IMG/VR virus record: IMGVR_UViG_3300032245_001860
Span: 186,001-250,000 of that record
DNA: 64,000 bases
Strand: one strand, 5' to 3'
This document shows positions 56,652 through 64,000 of this stretch, piece by piece. The stretch's first letter is position 1. Every line of letters begins with the position of its first letter. A program made the position numbers and the translations under genes. The notes under the pieces are model-generated. The model was given only the letters and a program-made list of their open reading frames with translations, was not told where the DNA came from and searched no databases.

Positions 56652-57995
56652 ATGACAAAAAGAAAAAATCATATTGCTTGTGTTTTTTGTGGAGATAACG
56701 CTTCAAGACAATTGGCGGAAAAATTAGAATATTTCTCAGCAAGAAATCGTGATGTATACCTTTGTGAAAAATGCTTTCATAGTTTTTCAGCTGGTACAGT
56801 CATGGGACAATTTCAATTAAATAATAAAATTTTGTCATTGATATCTTCTGTTGATGATAATGAAACAGTAGAAAATCTGAAAAATAAGATTGCTGATTAT
56901 GCACCATCATCAAAATATACAATAAGAAATACTTCAGTTGCAAAAGCCAAGATTGCACCAGCAGAAATTTATGATTTTTTATCACATTATGTAATTGGTC
57001 AAGAAAATGCAAAGAAACGAATTTCTTTAACAGTTTATGAACATATGAGAAATGCTTACAAGTCTGAACATAATGATAAGCATAATATATTGTTTTTAGG
57101 GCCTTCTGGTAGTGGCAAAACATTAATTGTAAACAGCATAGCGAAGAAATTAGATGTTCCATATGTTGCAACTGACGCTACTTCTTTTTCACCTACAGGT
57201 TTTCAAGGAGCTGATGCAGATTCTTGTATCCATGATTTGTATTTCAAGTCAGATAACGATGTAGAAACTGCTCAAAAGGGTGTTGTATTTATAGATGAAA
57301 TTGACAAGTTATCTTCTAACAATACAGGTACAAGATTGGAAAGTTTTAACTACTCTACTCAAAGTACACTTCTCAAAATGATTGAAGGTAAAAAAGTTAA
57401 AATACCAGCTAATTTGTCTGGAGATTCACCAACACCAGTTTACATTGATACCAAGAAAATATTATTTTGTTTTGGTGGAGCATTTAATGGATTAGAAAAT
57501 ATTATTGGAAAGAAACAAGGATTTTCTGGTAAGTCTATTGGTTTTAGAAATAGCGGAGATGAAGATTATGATATCAAGATGAGAATTTATGATATGTATT
57601 CTCAAATTTCTCATGATGTTTTAGCTGAAAGTCTAATATCATTTGGCTTATCAACTGAACTTGTCGGCAGAATACAAACAATTGTACCTTTGCGTCCATT
57701 GAACAAAGAAGAACTGATGTCTTGTCTTACAAGTTTAGACGATAGCCCTATTCGCAAAAACAAATTAATGTTTGCTGAGTCTAACCTTGAACTTGATTTT
57801 ACTGAAGATTTTTATGATGAAGTGATAGATAAAGCTGTGAAGACTGGTACAGGGGTTAGAGCTTTGAATTCTATTGTAAAATCTTCTGTATCAGGTGCAG
57901 CTTTTGAACATTTAGGCTTGCAAACAGTCAAGTCAAAAAGAATCATTATCACCAAAGAATGTGTGGACGACCCTACAAAATATGAAGTTTTTTAA
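56652..57995 (+). CDS. clpX: ClpX AAA+ unfoldase (divergent)
   Basis: N-terminal CxxC...CxxC, VIGQENAK, GPSGSGKT, DEIDK, GGAF, IGF loop, ELVGR, TGVRAL; leaderless-type TATAAG-N7-ATG. Confidence 0.9.
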   Translation: MTKRKNHIACVFCGDNASRQLAEKLEYFSARNRDVYLCEKCFHSFSAGTVMGQFQLNNKILSLISSVDDNETVENLKNKIADYAPSSKYTIRNTSVAKAKIAPAEIYDFLSHYVIGQENAKKRISLTVYEHMRNAYKSEHNDKHNILFLGPSGSGKTLIVNSIAKKLDVPYVATDATSFSPTGFQGADADSCIHDLYFKSDNDVETAQKGVVFIDEIDKLSSNNTGTRLESFNYSTQSTLLKMIEGKKVKIPANLSGDSPTPVYIDTKKILFCFGGAFNGLENIIGKKQGFSGKSIGFRNSGDEDYDIKMRIYDMYSQISHDVLAESLISFGLSTELVGRIQTIVPLRPLNKEELMSCLTSLDDSPIRKNKLMFAESNLELDFTEDFYDEVIDKAVKTGTGVRALNSIVKSSVSGAAFEHLGLQTVKSKRIIITKECVDDPTKYEVF

Positions 57996-58021
57996 AGGAT
58001 TTGAATAAAGAATCTGAAAAT
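57994..58021 (+). promoter_or_regulatory. Putative late promoter
   Basis: AAAGG-N17-GAAAAT, 8 nt before ATG 58030. Confidence 0.45.
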
Positions 58022-58029
58022 ATAATAAT

Positions 58030-59112
58030 ATGCATTCTCAAATTCCTGAAAACCTAATAAAGCAAGCCTTGGAAATTCATAAAGAAAATACAAGGCTTGT
58101 TCGTTTAGCTGCCAATAGAAATTTTGCAGAATATTGGTTCACCTTACATACAAACCCAGAGGATATTAAACTTCAAACACAATTAGGAATTATGTTTGGC
58201 AGAGAATTTAAAAACTGGTGGCTTGATCTTTATGACAAGACAAAGCGGATAACGGAAATCAGGGGTCTTTTTGACAGAGATGTAATTCCTGGTGAGACAT
58301 TATTAGAATATGGAGCTGTCGAGAGACCTTATGATAATTCTTTAGGTCCTCATGGTATGGATCCAGCTGAATGGAATTTATTAGATGCAAGAATGAGACA
58401 ACTTGCACAATATTTATATGTTTGGATTTTTAGAGTTAGTATGTCTGGAGATAGAACTAACTATGTAGCATTTTTAGGAAGAAATCCATCTCCAGTGAAT
58501 TCATCATCTTCAAGTACTTCCTCTCCATCAATGAGTTCTGAACAAATATTAGAGAAAGCCATTCCTCAAAAACTTTTTGATGAATATCAAGTAAGCAAAC
58601 CAAATGATCCTTTCGTGCAATCTTATGCTTATATAAAGAGAGAGGTCACTGCATTTTTTGTAAGAGCTTTCAGTTTTTCTCAAGAGGGAAAAATAGCAAG
58701 AGGGCATTTCTTGCAACAATTGAATCCTAACAAATTTGATTTTGATGAATATTGGAATTCTCTACCAAGCAGATATGCAAATGTTCCAGAGATTGTTGCA
58801 ATTTTAGATAAATCAATAACTTTATCTCCAGCAAGCACAATTGCAGTTGAAAAGCTCAGCACTTTGGGAACAAGTGCAGGATCTCAAGAAGCAGATTCAG
58901 ATGAGATCAAGAAGACTTTGGAAGCATTAATAAATAAAATTAGAGAAATTGAAGTTGAGTCTTTACAAGAAAATTTAGTAAAAATTTATGGAAATATTGC
59001 TAAAGTTACAAGACCATTCCTTGAATTTTATAATACATCTACAAAGTTAATGGGCGGGATCGGTTCATTATCTGGTGGTCAAGATACATATTCAGGTCGA
59101 AGGAGATTTTAA
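58030..59112 (+). CDS. Hypothetical protein (possible internal virion protein)
   Basis: 360-aa helical ORF with LVRLAA near the N-terminus. Confidence 0.65.
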   Translation: MHSQIPENLIKQALEIHKENTRLVRLAANRNFAEYWFTLHTNPEDIKLQTQLGIMFGREFKNWWLDLYDKTKRITEIRGLFDRDVIPGETLLEYGAVERPYDNSLGPHGMDPAEWNLLDARMRQLAQYLYVWIFRVSMSGDRTNYVAFLGRNPSPVNSSSSSTSSPSMSSEQILEKAIPQKLFDEYQVSKPNDPFVQSYAYIKREVTAFFVRAFSFSQEGKIARGHFLQQLNPNKFDFDEYWNSLPSRYANVPEIVAILDKSITLSPASTIAVEKLSTLGTSAGSQEADSDEIKKTLEALINKIREIEVESLQENLVKIYGNIAKVTRPFLEFYNTSTKLMGGIGSLSGGQDTYSGRRRF

Positions 59113-59114
59113 TA

Positions 59115-59690
59115 ATGTCAAAATTTGTCAAGGTTGCAGCTCCAGCACCTATAAATTTTAGTAAACTTGCTTATGGAATGTTTAAAAATTTTCCACAAAT
59201 TCAAATGGCATTAAAAAAAATGTTTCCTGGGTGGAATCCATTAAATCCTTTAGATGTTACTAATAAATTTTTAGAAGCATTGCAAGATGAAGAATTCCAG
59301 GATTTAGCTATCACATTAGCTCAACAATTTATTTCACATAGGGGTCAAAAATTAAACATAAATGAAAGAGATATGTTTAAGAATTATGACTACTATTTCA
59401 AGACTAAAGGCACACCATTGCCTGGTATGTCTGCAGATTTAATGCCAACTATTGGCGCTGGTGCATATCAAGCTACCACTGCTCAAATGCCAAAAGCAGA
59501 AATAGTTCCAACAAAAACATTTTCTGCTATTATGGATGAAATCAAAACAATTACTTCAGAAGTTGGTTTTCAAACTTTAGACCCTGCAGCTAAAAGAAAA
59601 ATACTATCAAATAAAATTGGTCAATACACGAGAGAATTAGCTCCTTTTAGAGAATATCTTAAAAAGAACTTCCCGGTATTTTATCACTAA
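59115..59690 (+). CDS. Hypothetical protein (possible internal virion protein)
   Basis: N-terminus MSKFVKVAA. Confidence 0.65.
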   Translation: MSKFVKVAAPAPINFSKLAYGMFKNFPQIQMALKKMFPGWNPLNPLDVTNKFLEALQDEEFQDLAITLAQQFISHRGQKLNINERDMFKNYDYYFKTKGTPLPGMSADLMPTIGAGAYQATTAQMPKAEIVPTKTFSAIMDEIKTITSEVGFQTLDPAAKRKILSNKIGQYTRELAPFREYLKKNFPVFYH

Positions 59691-59694
59691 GATT

Positions 59695-60393
59695 ATGAAA
59701 ACAGATTACATTGCACTTGCAAAATACTTAGATAAAATTGGCAAATACAGACAGGCTGATAGTGTAGAAAAATTCCTCAGATCTGCTCAATATTCTGCTG
59801 CACCTACATATCAATCAGGTGGTCCAAGAAATCAGTTTACTGGCGGATATTTTGATGCTACTGCAATGGGAAGACAGCAAGCTGGATTTAATGCTTCTTT
59901 GCAAGAAGGAATTGGAGCTGAGTCAAATATTGAAGGCATTTTGCCATTGACTCCAGATCAAATGAAGAGTATGTCGCCTGAGGACATATTTAATTACAAT
60001 ACTGGTATAGGAGAACGGCTTGTAGCAGATGCAAATAAATATACTGGACCAAGCAAATTTCAACAAATTATTATGTTGATAAGCCAAAGATTGAATACTG
60101 CAACACCTGAGGCAAAATCACAAATTTTTCAAGGTTCTTTAGAAGAACTTATATCTTCAGAAATAAGTAATCTTGTTTTAAATGGCACACCTCAGAACTT
60201 AAATGTAAGTCTGCAATACCTGAGAAACATTGGTATTCCAGAAGTATTTAGTAGAACTGTACCTAATGCAATACAATTTGCTTTATCATCTATGATGATG
60301 GATTCAAATCCACAAACAAAACAAAGATATAATCAATTTGTAAATGATCCAACAATAAAGCAATACGCTCCAACTTTCAATCCAATCCAATAA
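59695..60393 (+). CDS. Hypothetical protein with LD..G.Y..AD N-terminal tag
   Basis: IALAKYLDKIGKYRQADSVEKFLRSAQ. Confidence 0.68.
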   Translation: MKTDYIALAKYLDKIGKYRQADSVEKFLRSAQYSAAPTYQSGGPRNQFTGGYFDATAMGRQQAGFNASLQEGIGAESNIEGILPLTPDQMKSMSPEDIFNYNTGIGERLVADANKYTGPSKFQQIIMLISQRLNTATPEAKSQIFQGSLEELISSEISNLVLNGTPQNLNVSLQYLRNIGIPEVFSRTVPNAIQFALSSMMMDSNPQTKQRYNQFVNDPTIKQYAPTFNPIQ

Positions 60394-60409
60394 TCAGTAT
60401 AAATAATTT

Positions 60410-61180
60410 ATGACTGACAAATGCCCTATTTATCTTGGCAACAATTGTGTATTAAAATCTTTATTTACTAAACAATTCAATTCAAAAATTTTTGGTGTTG
60501 AGCTTAAACAACTTGACGAAAAATATCAAGTTAATTGCGAAGGCCTAATTTCTAAATGTTCTTTTAAAGAAGAAATCTTGCCAGAAGAACAAGTAGAGCA
60601 AAACGAACAACCGCAAGATCAAGAGCCTCAAGAAGAAATTGTTGAAGAAATACCTCAAGTCAAAGTTAGTATTCATCAAATAGAAAATCCTTATTTAGTA
60701 AAAGCTGATATTTTGGTATATCCAGCCAACAATGTACTTACCATTGATGATCCGTTGCTGAATAGACTTTCTTATAATCAAATCCAAAAAGAATGCGACA
60801 AAATGCCTAAACCTATAAATATGGGAAGCGTTTATGTAACTTCTAATGGTGGAGAAAATTCTAAGGTACAGCCTAAAAAAATTATTCATGCTGTTGTAGC
60901 TGGTGAATCAAGACTTGTAAATGAAGCTGATACTAAACTTGCGATACGAAAAGCATTACACTTAGCAAAAGAATCAAAAGCAAGAAATATTGTTATGTTA
61001 CCTCCTGATTGTGGTACACATGACATTCAAGATGCTGCAAGAGTTCAACTTTCATCTATTTATACTTTTTTGCAAACAGAAAAAGATATTACATTTAAGA
61101 ATATTTTCATTGTCATGGAAGACAAGGAATCTTATGATGTTTATAAAGAATACTACAAAAGAGTCTTTAAAAGTAGGTGA
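60410..61180 (+). CDS. Macrodomain protein (divergent) with N-terminal Cys-rich region
   Basis: ADILVYPANN, G.V.VT..G....PKKIIHAV, ALHLA......IV......G; leaderless-type TATAAA-N6-ATG. Confidence 0.78.
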   Translation: MTDKCPIYLGNNCVLKSLFTKQFNSKIFGVELKQLDEKYQVNCEGLISKCSFKEEILPEEQVEQNEQPQDQEPQEEIVEEIPQVKVSIHQIENPYLVKADILVYPANNVLTIDDPLLNRLSYNQIQKECDKMPKPINMGSVYVTSNGGENSKVQPKKIIHAVVAGESRLVNEADTKLAIRKALHLAKESKARNIVMLPPDCGTHDIQDAARVQLSSIYTFLQTEKDITFKNIFIVMEDKESYDVYKEYYKRVFKSR

Positions 61181-61184
61181 GACC

Positions 61185-61529
61185 ATGGATATAGTTAATG
61201 ATTTTAAAAATCCATCAAACTTATTGGTAGCATTATTAGACAGCATAAATAAGCCATTATGTATTATTGATGATAATGGAAATACATTGTTGAATAATCA
61301 AGCTAAAGAGTTAAAAAGTCGGGGATTTGATATAGATTTCCACTCAAGCAAAATAAAGAAAAATACTACTGCTACCATCCTACATAAAGGCACAAAATAT
61401 AGTATTGAAAAAAAAGATATCAATCATGGGACAAATAGTTGTGTTTGTACTGTGAGCGAAGAAGATGAAACTATTGCAAGACTGACTGAATCTTCTCAAA
61501 AATTAAAAAAAGTTCTAAGCGTTTTGTAA
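61185..61529 (+). CDS. Stand-alone PAS-like domain protein
   Basis: LLDSINKPLCIIDDNGNTLLNNQAKEL resembles the PAS N-terminal pattern; SD AGGTGA supports start 61185. Confidence 0.45.
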   Translation: MDIVNDFKNPSNLLVALLDSINKPLCIIDDNGNTLLNNQAKELKSRGFDIDFHSSKIKKNTTATILHKGTKYSIEKKDINHGTNSCVCTVSEEDETIARLTESSQKLKKVLSVL

Positions 61530-61550
61530 TTTCTTCTGAAGGGGGTAATT

Positions 61551-62006
61551 ATGGAAGAAAACGAAATTGGTATAGAACAGCTTAAGACCGTCTACAAAGC
61601 CCAAACTGAAGCCTATTTAGAGTTTAATATGGCTTTGATCAATATTCTTTCAAATCAGAAAGACATCTTGACAAAAGTAGAATCATTGAAAGTATTGTCT
61701 GAAGATGAATTCAGAAATCTTTCTCAAGAATATCATGCTCTTGAAAAACTATTTATAAACTTTCAAAATAGTCAAGTTTTGAGAGATGACTCATTAGAAG
61801 GCACAACAGATGACTTCAAAGCTACCATTACTAATTTCAATGAAGATATAAATTCATTGAAATTAGAAGTAAAAAAACTAACTTCTATGCACTGGGATAT
61901 CAAAAACTCTTGGAATAAATTAGCGTGGACTGTCGGTGGAATTTTAGCTTTCATAACAGCCATGCAACTTTTGACAGGTAAGGGTTTGCTTGATATATTT
62001 AAATAA
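61551..62006 (+). CDS. Coiled-coil protein with a C-terminal transmembrane helix
   Basis: Heptad-rich body; LAWTVGGILAFITAMQLL; SD AGGGGG. Confidence 0.65.
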   Translation: MEENEIGIEQLKTVYKAQTEAYLEFNMALINILSNQKDILTKVESLKVLSEDEFRNLSQEYHALEKLFINFQNSQVLRDDSLEGTTDDFKATITNFNEDINSLKLEVKKLTSMHWDIKNSWNKLAWTVGGILAFITAMQLLTGKGLLDIFK

Positions 62007-62236
62007 TGCCTACAGTAGCTTGCTTTTGTGAAAAATGCGGAAAGAGTTTTTATATGAAAGATGAAATGTATCATCCAATGTCTAAAAATCCTTTCCGCAT
62101 GTCTAAAAAACAAAAAGAAATTCCTAACACTTGGGAGGATTGGATTTTGCATGTATCTTCAAATTGTGAAGAATGTAGATTGCCTTACACCCCTTCAAGT
62201 TGTTATAAGGACTTAGATAGACTAAAAGGGGGCTAA
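62006..62236 (+). CDS. Small zinc-ribbon protein
   Basis: CEKCGK ... CEEC; TAATG coupling. Confidence 0.6.
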   Translation: MPTVACFCEKCGKSFYMKDEMYHPMSKNPFRMSKKQKEIPNTWEDWILHVSSNCEECRLPYTPSSCYKDLDRLKGG

Positions 62237-62517
62237 GACATATCTGGATGAGACAAATTTTCTTCAAAGCTATTTATAATGCTTCTAAGAGTTTCGGCAC
62301 TTAAATTGCCTTTATCGTCAAATTTAATATTGTTGTGTTGTGCAAGATCAAATAAAATTCCACCAATAAATTCATTCATTGCTTGATCTGCATTTATGGA
62401 AGATTTTGATTCTTCTTTATCTTCAATGGGTATTTCTGATATAATATCATCAGCTTCATTTTCTAAGCCCATTTCTGCCAATTCTTGAGCTATTTTTATC
62501 AAAGCATAAGTATTCAT
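62233..62517 (-). CDS. Hypothetical protein with KxAQ / L...G...EAD N-terminal tag
   Basis: MNTYALIKIAQELAEMGLENEADDII. Confidence 0.68.
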   Translation of the reverse strand: MNTYALIKIAQELAEMGLENEADDIISEIPIEDKEESKSSINADQAMNEFIGGILFDLAQHNNIKFDDKGNLSAETLRSIINSFEENLSHPDMS

Positions 62518-62519
62518 AT

Positions 62520-62819
62520 TTATCCCGTTTTGAAAATCTCAGAAAACAATTTGTCAATATAATCTTTGGAAGCTGTTCTGTTATTCCCATTATGCTTGTT
62601 ACAAAGATTTTTTCCAATAAAAGAGTTCATCCATGGTTGGTTTTGTGCGTGTTGTAAAATAAATATGGTACCACATTTATTACGGCAGAATAAACCACCA
62701 CAAAGAGCACAAGTTGCGGGGTATAGCATAGGCTCTCCGCAAACTTCACACAGAGGAGGAGTTTTCTTTCTATTTCTTGGCATATAGTTGTTAAGATTTG
62801 GATTCACGTCATTTACCAA
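62520..62819 (-). CDS. Zinc-finger hypothetical protein (start uncertain)
   Basis: CEVC, CALC, C...C, CNKH. Confidence 0.6.
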   Translation of the reverse strand: MVNDVNPNLNNYMPRNRKKTPPLCEVCGEPMLYPATCALCGGLFCRNKCGTIFILQHAQNQPWMNSFIGKNLCNKHNGNNRTASKDYIDKLFSEIFKTG

Positions 62820-62892
62820 CTTTTGATGATATAATCATTAGTTATTAATACATTAAAAATTTCAAGTAATTCCTGCTTGAAACGGAAAGGAT

Positions 62893-63528
62893 ATGCAAAT
62901 GATTAATATTATAAGAATATTAATTGCTTTTATATGCATGCTGATAACAGTAAGTGCAGTAAAAGCTAAAGAAATTAATCAAAACGCTAAGGCATCCGTG
63001 TCAAATAGTGTAAAAAACAAACTTGATAAAAAAGAAAAAATCTTTAAATTTATCAAACTTGTTCAGCCAAAGTATTCAGCGTCTTATATTAAAAAAATTG
63101 TTGATGCAATATTCAAATATAGCGCAAAGTACAAAATTGACCCATATATCATTACAACAACTGCATATATTGAAAGTGAATTCAATATGAAAAGTGGTCC
63201 TTGTGATGGAATTATGCAAATATACAGACCAACATTAAGATGGTTAGATCCCAAGAAAGAATACAATGTCAATACTATTGATGGAAATATTGGACTTGGT
63301 ACTAAAGAACTTTCCAGGCATTACAATTTCAAGTATGTCAGAGGTCGTCAAATGGATCGTTCTTCAAATAATTTCAATGCTTTAAAATTAATGTGGGGCA
63401 AATATAATGGAGCTGGACCAGATAGTAGTTATGTAAAAAAATGTTTTAATGTCTTAAGAAGATTAGGTATTAAAAATGTTTCAGAAATAGAAATAATACT
63501 TCGAAGAAAACAACTTTGGTCTAAGTAA
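62893..63528 (+). CDS. Lytic transglycosylase (SLT, GH23-like) with signal peptide
   Basis: Signal peptide ending AVKA; IESEF (catalytic Glu), GIMQI, NI..G, YNG.G, YVKK. Confidence 0.85.
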   Translation: MQMINIIRILIAFICMLITVSAVKAKEINQNAKASVSNSVKNKLDKKEKIFKFIKLVQPKYSASYIKKIVDAIFKYSAKYKIDPYIITTTAYIESEFNMKSGPCDGIMQIYRPTLRWLDPKKEYNVNTIDGNIGLGTKELSRHYNFKYVRGRQMDRSSNNFNALKLMWGKYNGAGPDSSYVKKCFNVLRRLGIKNVSEIEIILRRKQLWSK

Positions 63529-63559
63529 AAAAAAGAGGAGAGCAAATGCTCTCCTCTTT
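63527..63559. terminator. Bidirectional rho-independent terminator between convergent genes
   Basis: AAAGAGGAGAGCA-AA-TGCTCTCCTCTTT preceded by an A-tract. Confidence 0.8.
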
Positions 63560-63578
63560 CGAATTGTAAACAGAAAAA

Positions 63579-63998
63579 CTATGCACCACCAGCTGTTTGG
63601 GTGTATCTGTTTTGTGAAGATGGGTATCTTGAAATTGCAGTAGTAGCACCACCAGCATAACCGTATGATCCTGGGGTATTTACAATATTTAAGTCACCGA
63701 GCATTCTATTCATTTCATAAGTAACTTTTTGGCACTTGCTTGATAAGTTAGCATATGTGAGCTTTAAGTATGATGAAGCTACAGCCTTTTCAGTTGCTGT
63801 CATACCAGAAACTGCAGTATTGTAGTTTGTAATGGTTGTTGACAAGTTTGACAATATTGTAGCGAAATCACCAAATGAATCAGTGTAGTATGATGAAGCA
63901 ATAACTCCAAGAGGCGCAGTACCAGCTCTTAAGTCAGTCGGGTACTTTGCTGCTGAGTTGAATGTTACAGTTGTGATGTCATTTGCATCAAGAGCTTG
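63579..63998 (-). CDS. 3' part of an Ala/Thr/Ser-rich (likely structural) protein running off the window
   Basis: Frame is open from 63998 (QALDANDITTVTFNSAAKYP...) to TAG at 63579. Confidence 0.65.
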   Translation of the reverse strand, partial: QALDANDITTVTFNSAAKYPTDLRAGTAPLGVIASSYYTDSFGDFATILSNLSTTITNYNTAVSGMTATEKAVASSYLKLTYANLSSKCQKVTYEMNRMLGDLNIVNTPGSYGYAGGATTAISRYPSSQNRYTQTAGGA

Positions 63999-64000
63999 GA

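Noticed and set aside
18611-57995. Cellular (bacterial) chromosome because of dnaK, dnaJ, gyrAB, clpX and lepB
   Set aside because: The genes are divergent, lack their usual neighbours (grpE, hrcA, clpP, tig, recF, dnaN) and are interleaved with giant virion-type and orphan genes. No capsid or terminase gene is in the window, so phage identity remains an inference.
1826-61184. ORF-track starts at 1826, 19589, 53484 and 60990
   Set aside because: Better-supported starts are 1856 (TAATG overlap), 19604 (SD), 53406 (leaderless -10; avoids overlap with the divergent gene) and 61185 (SD).
1354-63272. Many 60-125-aa ORFs antisense to or nested in long genes (e.g. 2536..2838, 26098..26340, 39981..40262, 44366..44689, 56800..57171, 61772..62152)
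   Set aside because: Shadow ORFs with no SD or motifs, lying within well-supported genes.
1-64000. Stop-codon reassignment (code 15 or 4), as in some huge phages
   Set aside because: Coding density under code 11 is already near complete, and TAG (10043, 39168) and TGA (20071, 21738, 26572) end genes at sensible boundaries.

Overview
AT-rich (roughly 30% GC by eye), very gene-dense segment with many TAATG/ATGA overlaps. It is best read as part of a large (jumbo/huge) tailed-phage genome in standard code 11. About half the window encodes giant Ser/Thr/Asn/Tyr-rich virion-type proteins (ca. 600-2830 aa) built from shared modules: 'LVKxQT..xNGIY' repeats, SwmB-like repeats, PA14, Asp-box propellers, vWA, and a 2708-aa protein made of ~26-aa 'I.PYGI.T.E.LG.H.L' repeats. 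Two tail-tube-like paralogs are also present. Interspersed host-like genes include a subtilisin / signal peptidase I / trypsin protease trio, DnaJ, DnaK, a second J-domain protein, ClpX, an SF2 (UvsW-like) helicase, gyrB-gyrA, PIN-PhoH, a MerC-family protein, a DUF151 nuclease, a macrodomain, a GH73 muramidase and an SLT transglycosylase. Four patterns are not explained by gene-by-gene annotation. (1) A shared peptide tag ([KR]-x-A/S-[QAEK], often with a 'A..LD..G.Y..AD' helix) sits at the ends of about ten unrelated proteins, suggesting a virion cargo-targeting/processing system. (2) Two promoter classes sort with gene function: leaderless TATAAw-N6-ATG before chaperone/helicase genes, and AGG-N16-19-GAwAAT before structural and tagged genes. 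(3) An unannotated stand-alone 23-aa amphipathic peptide gene lies between the helicase and a zinc-finger gene. (4) A long hairpin leader with a coupled uORF precedes the giant repeat protein. No tRNA, rRNA, CRISPR or IS element was recognised. All calls come from reading motifs by eye; no database searches were run.
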